Shown: positions 9,713-19,019 of the stretch, one piece after another
How positions within the stretch are numbered: the first letter of the stretch is position 1
Layout of the letters: each line of letters begins with the position of its first letter
NCBI GenBank assembly: GCA_030637745.1
Contig: DAOWFX010000043.1
Span: 3,424 to 67,423, forward strand
Direction: 5' to 3'
Length of the DNA stretch: 64,000 nucleotides
Source: Clostridia bacterium
GTDB lineage: Bacteria; Bacillota; Clostridia; Christensenellales; UMGS416
The notes under the pieces: model-generated
The model's input: the letters and a program-made list of their open reading frames with translations, nothing else
Told to the model about the DNA's origin: nothing
Database searches by the model: none
Program-made: the position numbers and the translations under genes

Positions 9713-9937
9713 TATGTAAAACCTTCCTCAGTGTTTGTTTATTTAGACCATGGTATTATACAATACATATGCAATTTTGCCAACTTGAAAGAACAATAGC
9801 AAACGATTGCAAATATATCACCATACTTCGTTATAAAGCAAAGAAAACATGCATGTATTTTACAGAGTGCAAACCTTGTAATAATGTAAGACATCAGTTA
9901 TAATGTCTTGGATAAAAATAATTTTGTAATTAATTAA

Positions 9938-10972
<1,035 letters not shown>

Positions 10973-10987
10973 TAAAGTAAAATAATC

Positions 10988-11018
10988 AAACGGCTCTCTA
11001 AGGAGGGCCGTTTTTTTG
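10988..11018 (+). terminator. intrinsic terminator of gap
   Basis: ACGGCTCTC-taag-GAGGGCCGT (9 bp with one G-U) followed by TTTTTTT. Confidence 0.85.
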
Positions 11019-11100
11019 TTAAAGGAAATGCATATTTTCAACTATAGAAGTGAGATTTATTTTAAGCAAAATGTGATTTAGCAGGAATGAATGCTAATAA

Positions 11101-11129
11101 TTTACAATACAGACGTTATATAGTATAAT
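11101..11129 (+). promoter_or_regulatory. sigma-A-type promoter abutting the kinase start codon
   Basis: TTTACA (11101-11106), 17 nt, TATAAT (11124-11129). The ATG at 11136 follows after only 6 nt (GGCTAT), with no SD. Confidence 0.5.
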
Positions 11130-11135
11130 GGCTAT

Positions 11136-13055
11136 ATGATTACATTAAATGTGTTGAAAAAACGGACACTTTTAGTAATATTTTTGATCATATTAGGAAT
11201 CAGTTTCTATATCCTATCCAGATACAATTATAGTTTATTTCATTTGATAATAGAATATTCAACGGTTACAATCGGAATTTTGATATTCCCCATAGCCATG
11301 ATTACAAAAAAATATAAGCCAAATACAATCATAGAAAGAATCGGATACGGAATGTTGGCTGTTTCATTCATGATCCTTTTACATGCGATTACATATAAAG
11401 GCATGGACATCATAGAAGGCTATGATTCAAACCTTCCGACTCAGCTATGGATTGGCCTTAACTATATACAATCTATTAGCATTTTATTAGCAATTATTTT
11501 TCTTAAAACAAAAATTAAAAATTGGATATTTATTATTATTTATATGTTTTTGGCGATTAGTCTAACATATTTATGCTTTGCCGAGATTTTTCCTGATTGT
11601 TTTATTGAAGGGGAAGGATTAACTCCTTTCAAGATTGTCAGTGAATATATCATAATGAGTATATATATTGCTTCTTTTGTTTTGCTGTTTACAAAAAGCA
11701 AAAAAGAAATAAGAAGCAATTACAAAGCAATTCCAATTGCTCTTGTGTTGTTTATTGTTGCGGAGGTTATGTTTACACTATATTCGGATGTTTATGGAAT
11801 TCAAAACTTTTTAGGCCATTATATGCGTTTAATTGGTTTGCTTGTAATTTACCTGGATATTTATAAAGTTAATATAAAAAATCCCTTTAACACAATATTT
11901 GACGATTTAACAAAGTCTGTAAAGTCTTTGTCTGAAAGCGAAAAAAGACTTCTAGCTATGTATAATCAAGCAGCTGTAGGAATATGCAATATTTCATTAG
12001 AGGGTACGATATTAAATGCAAATAAGAAGTACTGTGAAATGCTTGGATATAGCTTAGAAGAACTAAAAGAACTTTCATTTATAGACATTACACATCCTGA
12101 AGATATTGAAATGAGCAATAATTATTGGTCAAAGATAACAAACGATGAAATTGAAAGCGTTAATTTTGAAAAAAGGTATATAAGAAAAGATGGAGAGATT
12201 GTTTATGTTATTCTTTCAATGACACTATTGAAAGATGAACATGATAAACCAATGTATTCTGTTACGACAATTCAAGACATCACTCAGCAAAAGAAACTCG
12301 CTGAGGATAACATGCAAATGGAGGCGCACTTAAGGGATCAACAGAAATTGGAATCGATTGGAACGTTGGCAGCCGGAGTCGCACATGAAATAAACAATCC
12401 TATAAGCGGCATCATGAATTATAGTCAATTGATTTTAGATTCATCAGACAGCCAAAACAATGAATATGCTCAAGAGATTATCTATGAGACTGAACGCGTT
12501 GCGACAATAGTGAAAAACCTACTACAGTTTTCAAGGCAGGAAAAGCAATCATACTCTTTGGCAAGAATAGAGGATATAATTAATCGAACACTGTCATTAA
12601 TCAACACCATTTTTAAGCATGATCAAATTGATTTAAGCGTTAATATTCAAAAAGATTTACCGGATATTAAATGTCGTAATCAACAGATTCAACAAGTATT
12701 GATGAACTTATTAACAAATGCAAAAGATGCTTTAAATGAAAAATATAAAGGGTATCATGAAAACAAGAAACTGAATCTGACGTGCAAAACTATAATAAAA
12801 CGCAAGAAAGATTGGTTAAGGATTACTGTTGAAGATTTTGGAGCCGGTATTCCAAAATCAGTTCAGAAAAGAATATTTGATCCCTTCTTCACAACGAAAG
12901 ATCAAGATAAAGGAACAGGATTAGGGTTATCTATTAGCTATGGTATAATAAAAGAGCATTATGGAGACATTAGTTTTGATACAAAGATTGGAGAGCATAC
13001 GAAGTTTTATCTGGACTTACCAATAGATAATGGATGGGAGCTTAAAAAAAACTAA
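11136..13055 (+). CDS. sensor histidine kinase (polytopic N-terminal sensor domain, PAS, HisKA, HATPase_c)
   Basis: 639 aa. About 7 N-terminal hydrophobic helices. PAS-like segment (MYNQAAVGICNISLEGTILNANKKYCEMLGY). H-box AAGVAHEINNP, N-box LMNLLTNAKDAL, G-boxes EDFGAGIP and GTGLGLSI. No response regulator anywhere in the window. Confidence 0.85.
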   Translation: MITLNVLKKRTLLVIFLIILGISFYILSRYNYSLFHLIIEYSTVTIGILIFPIAMITKKYKPNTIIERIGYGMLAVSFMILLHAITYKGMDIIEGYDSNLPTQLWIGLNYIQSISILLAIIFLKTKIKNWIFIIIYMFLAISLTYLCFAEIFPDCFIEGEGLTPFKIVSEYIIMSIYIASFVLLFTKSKKEIRSNYKAIPIALVLFIVAEVMFTLYSDVYGIQNFLGHYMRLIGLLVIYLDIYKVNIKNPFNTIFDDLTKSVKSLSESEKRLLAMYNQAAVGICNISLEGTILNANKKYCEMLGYSLEELKELSFIDITHPEDIEMSNNYWSKITNDEIESVNFEKRYIRKDGEIVYVILSMTLLKDEHDKPMYSVTTIQDITQQKKLAEDNMQMEAHLRDQQKLESIGTLAAGVAHEINNPISGIMNYSQLILDSSDSQNNEYAQEIIYETERVATIVKNLLQFSRQEKQSYSLARIEDIINRTLSLINTIFKHDQIDLSVNIQKDLPDIKCRNQQIQQVLMNLLTNAKDALNEKYKGYHENKKLNLTCKTIIKRKKDWLRITVEDFGAGIPKSVQKRIFDPFFTTKDQDKGTGLGLSISYGIIKEHYGDISFDTKIGEHTKFYLDLPIDNGWELKKN

Positions 13056-13232
13056 GACAGGACTTGATGGAACAATCGATATAATTACTATGATCAAACG
13101 AGCAAGTGCGAAGTAGCGAAATTGAAGAAGGTGCTGAATGGGCGTCTTCTTTTTATTATCATTGTTTGTACTGTAAAATATAGAAGAACAAATCAAAATT
13201 AATTGCGAAGTGGATTAACTGCTTTCACGAAA

Positions 13233-13260
13233 TTGACATATAATTGAAAAATGATATACT
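13233..13260 (+). promoter_or_regulatory. candidate sigma-A promoter
   Basis: TTGACA (13233-13238), 16 nt, TATACT (13255-13260), upstream of the AGAGGTG SD and the ATG at 13281. Confidence 0.45.
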
Positions 13261-13280
13261 ACCCAAGAGGTGCAATTCAT

Positions 13281-14351
13281 ATGGAAAAGAAGAAGAAAAA
13301 CAACGTTGTGAAACAGATCCCTATTTTTTTAGTATTTTTATTTGTCGGCGTTTTATTTGGAGTTTTTTTAGCAACGCAAGAACTAAAAATAGCACAACCT
13401 TTCTGGTGGGTAGTAGTTTCAATATTAATATCGTTTTTTTTGGTCATCAACATTCATGAATTCGGACACTTCATTGTTGGAAAGATATTAGGTTATTCAT
13501 TGCTTTCATTTAGAATAGGTATATTTAGCTTTGACAACATTAACGGCAAGATGAAACTGACCATAAAAAAGAATAAAGGCTATAGCGGTTTGTGCGCTAT
13601 GATTTCAAACGATGATTCAATGAATAAATTTGCATTCTATATTGCAGGCGGTATATTGATCAATTTTTTAACGGGCATACTATCTTTAGTCGTTGGCATA
13701 GCGATTAATCAGTCCCACAATTTCCTCTCAATACTTTTAATCTATTTGGGTTTCCTTTCGCTAGCTGTTTTTGTCATAAATGGTATTCCATTAACCAAAA
13801 ATAATGCTATTACTGATGGAACCTTCCTATACAATATTATTTTGAAAAAGCCATATGCCCACACGCTTTCAACGCTTATTAAAGCACAGACGATGATTGC
13901 TGCCGGAACAAGACCAAGAGAACTAAATATAGAGATTGACAAAGAAGCGGAGTTTGATTTGTTTTCTTATTTATACGCGTATTACAGTGCCCAAGATGCA
14001 GAAGAATTAGAAACTACGAAATACCTTATTGAACAAATTGAAAAAAACATAGATAAAGCCAATTCATTTAATCTTCCTGCGATCTGCTATGAGATTTGCT
14101 TTTGTGCTTGTATCTTTGGTGATAATGAAAAAGCTGTTGATTTCTATGATAGAGTATCAAAAACTTTGCAAAAAGATAATGACATAAACGGATTAAGAGT
14201 AAAAGCATATTATGCGTATTACATAAATAATGATAGTGAAAAAGCAAAAAATCTTTGCAATGAAGGCTTGAAGGTGAAGGATAAATACCCAATCATAGGT
14301 ATCGCTGTTTATGAAGAAAATCTAATCAATAAGCTTTTAGATATTATTTGA
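13281..14351 (+). CDS. membrane metalloprotease-like protein (M50/site-2-protease-like HExxH) with a C-terminal helical-repeat domain
   Basis: Start moved to MEKKKK (SD AGAGGTG 8 nt upstream). HEFGH inside a TM helix. A later NGIPLTKNNAITDG resembles the M50 NxxPxxxxDG ligand motif. The soluble C-terminal ~150 aa is TPR-like by composition. Confidence 0.55.
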   Translation: MEKKKKNNVVKQIPIFLVFLFVGVLFGVFLATQELKIAQPFWWVVVSILISFFLVINIHEFGHFIVGKILGYSLLSFRIGIFSFDNINGKMKLTIKKNKGYSGLCAMISNDDSMNKFAFYIAGGILINFLTGILSLVVGIAINQSHNFLSILLIYLGFLSLAVFVINGIPLTKNNAITDGTFLYNIILKKPYAHTLSTLIKAQTMIAAGTRPRELNIEIDKEAEFDLFSYLYAYYSAQDAEELETTKYLIEQIEKNIDKANSFNLPAICYEICFCACIFGDNEKAVDFYDRVSKTLQKDNDINGLRVKAYYAYYINNDSEKAKNLCNEGLKVKDKYPIIGIAVYEENLINKLLDII

Positions 14352-14429
14352 TACCCTTTAAGTGTTTAAGATGATGGTTCATTACAATAACGATATCAAT
14401 ACTTATCTAGCAAATTACATAATATATAG

Positions 14430-14460
14430 TTGACTCTCACCTAACGTAAGATGATATAGT
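14430..14460 (+). promoter_or_regulatory. MerR-type promoter (19-bp spacer with central dyad)
   Basis: TTGACT (14430-14435), 19 nt, TATAGT (14455-14460). The imperfect dyad CTAACGTAAG (14441-14450, ACGT core) is centred in the spacer. Directly upstream of the MerR-GGDEF gene. Confidence 0.6.
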
Positions 14461-14493
14461 ACTATTATACAGTACTGCTTAAGGAGATCACCG

Positions 14494-15390
14494 ATGATAC
14501 CCATTGGCGCGTTTGCAAAAGAAAACAATGTAACCATTAGAGCATTGCATCATTATGAACAGTTGGGATTGATCATCCCAAATAATACAGATGAATTTAC
14601 CGGTTATCGATACTATGATGAAAGTCAATCATCTGCAATCATGACAATCAATTATCTAAAGTCTTTAGGATTTTCTTTGTCTGAAGTCAAACAAATGATG
14701 AGTTCTGAGATGGATGCTAGTGTCTTAAAACAACATTTGTATGCAAAGAAACAACAGGCATTAATGGATGTGAATTCTACAAATATTCGATACAATCGGA
14801 TTGTTGAATTGCTCAATGTGCTTGATAAGCAAACGCAAAATATGAAGATTGATTTGAAGGAGATTATTAATATGGATAATAACGATATTAAAATAGAGAT
14901 GAACGAACATGAACTATTCAATTTTGAAGCAAGAATAATGTATGAGCGTGCAAATAAAAACAACTTGCCATTGTGCATTTTATGTGTAGATATTGATCAG
15001 TTCAAAAGAGTTAACGATAACTATGGATACGATATTGGAGATATTGTCATTGAGAGAATAAAAAATTCGATTGCAGACAACTTGACAGAAATCAACAAAA
15101 ATAATAACAAGCAGCACTCCATTATGGAGCGTGATGCAGGTGATGAGTTCAAAATGATAGTGGCAGACGCTATGGATGTTTGCAGGAAACTTGCTCGAAG
15201 CATAATAGATGATGTTAAAGAAATTGACTTCAATGATGTTGCAGATGAGTTACATATGACAGTAACAGTTGGTATCGCGTCCATTGATTCTTGTAGAGGG
15301 TCCAGTAGTCACTTGTTTCACTTAGCAGAAAGCGCACTATATGAAGCCAAGAGTGAAAAGCGAGGAAGTTATGAAGTTTATCAAGAATAA
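14494..15390 (+). CDS. MerR-family HTH regulator fused to a GGDEF (AGDEF variant) domain
   Basis: 298 aa. N-terminal MerR HTH (IGAFAKENNVTIRALHHYEQLGLIIP...TGYRYY), a coiled-coil linker, then a GGDEF fold (VDIDQFKRVNDNYGYDIGD ... RDAGDEFKMIV ... VTVGIAS ... ALYEAKSEKRGSY). AAGGAG SD. Confidence 0.8.
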   Translation: MIPIGAFAKENNVTIRALHHYEQLGLIIPNNTDEFTGYRYYDESQSSAIMTINYLKSLGFSLSEVKQMMSSEMDASVLKQHLYAKKQQALMDVNSTNIRYNRIVELLNVLDKQTQNMKIDLKEIINMDNNDIKIEMNEHELFNFEARIMYERANKNNLPLCILCVDIDQFKRVNDNYGYDIGDIVIERIKNSIADNLTEINKNNNKQHSIMERDAGDEFKMIVADAMDVCRKLARSIIDDVKEIDFNDVADELHMTVTVGIASIDSCRGSSSHLFHLAESALYEAKSEKRGSYEVYQE

Positions 15391-15401
15391 TTATGAGAAA
15401 A

Positions 15402-15430
15402 GAAAAAAGCTACTCTGTAAAAGAGTAGCT
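15402..15430 (-). terminator. intrinsic terminator of the alpha-oxoamine synthase gene
   Basis: AGCTACTCT-gtaaa-AGAGTAGCT (perfect 9-bp stem). The A-run on the + strand gives a T-run on the - strand. A second nested hairpin (CAGACTGT...ACAGTCT) follows at about 15431-15478. Confidence 0.7.
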
Positions 15431-15496
15431 CAGACTGTCGGTATAGTCGACACTTATCAGGTTTTTCAACAGTCTACAGACTATTATACTTTTCTT

Positions 15497-16684
15497 TTAA
15501 GCTTCCATTTTTACTTCGTCAAAAACTTTTTTGATTGCATTAAACGCATAGTCCATTTGCTCTTTGGTGTGCGTTGCAGTGTAGCTTGTGCGCAACAAGC
15601 ATTGTCCTTCAGGGACTGCAGGTTGAACGACAGGATTTACATAGACTCCTTCATCGAGTAATTTCTTTGTTATGATACAAGTTCTCAATGTATTATATGT
15701 GAATATCGGGATAATTGCTGTAGTACCATCGAGTATCGGGATGTTCGCATCCTTCAGTTTTGTGCGCATATATTGGCTGATATCTAATAATGCAGCTATG
15801 CGCCAAGGCTCACTTCTGATAATGCGTAGTGCTTCAAGTGCTGCTGCTGCATTGGAAGGTGGCAGAGATGCGCTGAAGATAAACGGACGAGATTTGTGCT
15901 TGATGTAGTGGACAATTTCTTCACTTGCTACAAGACACCCACCGAGTGATGCCATAGACTTTGAAAAAGTGGTCATGATGATATCCACTTCATCTTCTAG
16001 GTCAAAGTGAGATGCAGTGCCTCTACCGCCTTTTCCGACCATACCCATACCATGTGCATCATCAACCATGATACGCGCGCCGTACTTTTTGCCTAGGGCG
16101 ACAATTTCTGGTAGCTTTGCAATATCACCAGACATTGAAAACACACCATCTACGATAATTATCTTTCCACTATTTTCTGGTAATCTCTTTAGTACGCGCT
16201 CCAAGTCTTCCATATCATTGTGTTCATACTTCACACTCTTTTTAGCAAAACTTAAGCGACATGCATCGCGTATGCTGGCATGGTTTTCTGCATCATTGAT
16301 AATATAATCATGAAACCCTACAATGCAGGAAATGATTCCAAGGTTGGTTTGATAACCAGTGGAGAATGTTAGCGCAGCTTCTTTGTTGAAAAAGTCTGCA
16401 AGCTCTTCTTCTAATTGTACGTGCAAATCTAATGTACCATTTAGAAAACGAGACCCCGAACACCCTGTGCCGTATTTATCAAGTGCATCTTTAGCTGCTT
16501 GTATGGTACGTGGATCAGATGTTAATCCCATGTAATTATTTGATCCAATCATGATAACGCGTTTTCCATCCATAATGACTTCGGTGTCCTGTCCTGATTC
16601 CAATGCATGAAAATAAGGATAGAAACCCGCGGCGATTGCTTCTCGTGCTTCTGTGAAGTCCTCAAACTTCTTGAAAATATCCAT
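15497..16684 (-). CDS. PLP-dependent alpha-oxoamine synthase, serine-palmitoyltransferase-like
   Basis: 395 aa. SGSRFLNGT and PLP-lysine motif TFSKSMASLGG, DDAHGMG. The overall layout matches the KBL/BioF/SPT family, and the two motifs look closest to bacterial SPT as I recall it. AAGGAG SD. Confidence 0.8.
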   Translation of the reverse strand: MDIFKKFEDFTEAREAIAAGFYPYFHALESGQDTEVIMDGKRVIMIGSNNYMGLTSDPRTIQAAKDALDKYGTGCSGSRFLNGTLDLHVQLEEELADFFNKEAALTFSTGYQTNLGIISCIVGFHDYIINDAENHASIRDACRLSFAKKSVKYEHNDMEDLERVLKRLPENSGKIIIVDGVFSMSGDIAKLPEIVALGKKYGARIMVDDAHGMGMVGKGGRGTASHFDLEDEVDIIMTTFSKSMASLGGCLVASEEIVHYIKHKSRPFIFSASLPPSNAAAALEALRIIRSEPWRIAALLDISQYMRTKLKDANIPILDGTTAIIPIFTYNTLRTCIITKKLLDEGVYVNPVVQPAVPEGQCLLRTSYTATHTKEQMDYAFNAIKKVFDEVKMEA

Positions 16685-16851
16685 TATAAAAAAACTCCTT
16701 AAAAATAAAATAATATCATAGGTATAATATCATAAAATGATGTATATGACATCCAAAAAACATTAATAATACGTTAGAAATGAGTGTTTCATGTATAGTT
16801 TAGTGGTATAATTATTCAATATTCATCATTATTTATAAATGGAGCTAACTT

Positions 16852-17667
16852 ATGCGTGAGATTAAAAAGAAAGTAGCACTAATAACAGGTGCTTCATCGG
16901 GAATTGGAAAAGCGATCTATATACAACTCATAAAGCAAGATTGGATAGTCTACGGTACATCACGAAAAATAAAAGAGAAACAAACAGAAAAGATTGATGG
17001 TGGGTTGATGATATATCTTGATGTGAACAATCAACAATCAATAGATGATGTATTATCTATTGTTAAGGATAAGCAGGGCAGATTGGATGCATTAATTAAT
17101 AATGCAGGATATGGAATCGCAGGTTCTATTGAAGATACATCTCATGAGGAAGCGATGGCACAGTTTGATACCAACTTCTTTGGTGTGTTGTCTATGATAC
17201 AAGCATCACTTGAATTACTAAAGCGTAGCAAAGGTATCATTGTGAACATAAGCTCTGTTGCAGGAATATTATCTATTCCATTTCAAGGAATGTATTCAGC
17301 TAGCAAGGCTGCAATGGAGTTGATGAGTGAAGCAGTGAGAATGGAGCTTAAAGATGATGGTGTTCGTGTCAGTATTGTAGAGCCGGGAGACACAAAGACT
17401 GAATTTACAGCAAATCGTCAAATGATTGAAAATGCATATACCGCTGGTTACGAAAAGAAGTTAAGGGCATCTGTTGCAAGGATGGAAAAGGACGAGCAAA
17501 ATGGCACACCACCAGAAGCAGTTGCTAAGATGGTATGCAGATTGATTAAAAGGAAGAATCCGCCTATGAGAAGATCAGTAGGATTTTCGTATCAAGTATT
17601 ATTGTTCCTAAAGAGAATTTTGCCTAATCGTTTGGTACTGTGGGTAATTGGGAAAATGTATGCATAA
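16852..17667 (+). CDS. short-chain dehydrogenase/reductase (SDR)
   Basis: 271 aa. TGASSGIGKA, NNAG, catalytic YSASKAA. Divergent from the alpha-oxoamine synthase gene. Confidence 0.85.
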   Translation: MREIKKKVALITGASSGIGKAIYIQLIKQDWIVYGTSRKIKEKQTEKIDGGLMIYLDVNNQQSIDDVLSIVKDKQGRLDALINNAGYGIAGSIEDTSHEEAMAQFDTNFFGVLSMIQASLELLKRSKGIIVNISSVAGILSIPFQGMYSASKAAMELMSEAVRMELKDDGVRVSIVEPGDTKTEFTANRQMIENAYTAGYEKKLRASVARMEKDEQNGTPPEAVAKMVCRLIKRKNPPMRRSVGFSYQVLLFLKRILPNRLVLWVIGKMYA

Positions 17668-17673
17668 AACAGA

Positions 17674-18900
17674 TCACTGAGTGTGATTTTTTAAAATGTA
17701 ACTAATGAGTTGTTTTCGTGTGTTATCTTCAGGATGCTGAACCACATGTTTGAACAACTCTTTTTTAATTTCCCCTATTATGGGAGAAGAGGGAATATGG
17801 AGTGTCTGCATAATGTCTTCCCCTGATAGCCTTAGTGTATCTATAGAGATAAAACTGTCCTGTGTTTTCATATTCTTAAGATATGATTTGAGAGTTGACG
17901 ATTTCTTATCAAGAATGGTCAGAAATTCCACAAGAAGCAGACCTTTTTCATAACCAAAAGTGGATAGAAAGTCAAGAGAGTCACAATCATCAAAATGAGT
18001 ATGGTTTAATAAGAATAATGCATCTTTTTTTGCATCATTGTTCAAACACAGATAGTCTAGGGAAGCAGCTTTATCTGTTGTATCTAATATTAGTAATGCA
18101 ATCTTTACAGACATACTGGAGGCACTAGCTGCTTTTATTGCTATATCTTGCTTTGTGTTGGGTAGGAGGACATCGGAAACGCCACTTGAAAACAGCAAAT
18201 TGATTCCATGGACTATATTATCATGGCTGCTATTCGGATATTGCATATTGGCTGTGAGTAATTTGTGTATCTCTTGAACGATGCGTTCTTTTGACAGATT
18301 GCATAATTGTGAGCTAAGAGACTTGGCAGCAATAAGAGTCTCTTCGGAAGGAGCCAACATAGTTTGTGCACAAATTCTGCACATGCGCAATATGCGCAAG
18401 GCATCTTCACAAAACACATCTTGTACATTTCTTGTTGTGCGTAGCGTTTTATTTTCAATATCCGATACACCATCGAACATATCGATGAGTTTTTCATTTT
18501 GGAGATCATAGTATAGTGCATTGACAGTGAAGTCACGTCGCAAGCTATCTTGCTTTATTGTTGCATCAAGATGTACTTTAGTGGGAGTATGTGTGCCATC
18601 TTGTCGATAGGATTCACGGCGAAAAGAGGTGTATTCAAAAGTTTGATTGCCTACTCTTATAATTAATGTACCCAGAGGTAATGAAACATCCATGATTTCA
18701 ATGTCTGTATAACTTGAGAATATTCCCCTAACTTTTTGAGGGCTTGCAGAAGAACAGATATCAATATCATCACTTACATATCCCATAATATAGTCTCTTA
18801 CATATCCACCGACAATGTAAAGGAGAAGCCCATTTTGTAAAAAAATATCAGAAAGTATACGTAAGCTGCTTGGATATTGAATTTTATTATTATGTTGCAT
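17674..18900 (-). CDS. cca: CCA-adding tRNA nucleotidyltransferase / poly(A) polymerase family
   Basis: 408 aa. LYIVGGYVRD...DDIDI head-domain motif and RRDFTVNALYYD. No SD; TATAAT lies 6 nt upstream of the ATG. Confidence 0.75.
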   Translation of the reverse strand: MQHNNKIQYPSSLRILSDIFLQNGLLLYIVGGYVRDYIMGYVSDDIDICSSASPQKVRGIFSSYTDIEIMDVSLPLGTLIIRVGNQTFEYTSFRRESYRQDGTHTPTKVHLDATIKQDSLRRDFTVNALYYDLQNEKLIDMFDGVSDIENKTLRTTRNVQDVFCEDALRILRMCRICAQTMLAPSEETLIAAKSLSSQLCNLSKERIVQEIHKLLTANMQYPNSSHDNIVHGINLLFSSGVSDVLLPNTKQDIAIKAASASSMSVKIALLILDTTDKAASLDYLCLNNDAKKDALFLLNHTHFDDCDSLDFLSTFGYEKGLLLVEFLTILDKKSSTLKSYLKNMKTQDSFISIDTLRLSGEDIMQTLHIPSSPIIGEIKKELFKHVVQHPEDNTRKQLISYILKNHTQ

Positions 18901-19019
18901 TCTAATATTATATCGCCTTAACTAAATTACATGCAAACACAAACAACAGTTGACAAAACGATAACATTATATTAACATGCAAAAATAATGTACGTTAAAA
19001 TATATTTATAGGTGTTGTT

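Noticed and set aside
13056-13160. Possible terminator after the histidine kinase (GAAGAAGGTG...GGGCGTCTTC TTTTT)
   Set aside because: The stem has several mismatches when paired by hand. The T-run is suggestive, but I cannot support a stable hairpin without a folding calculation.
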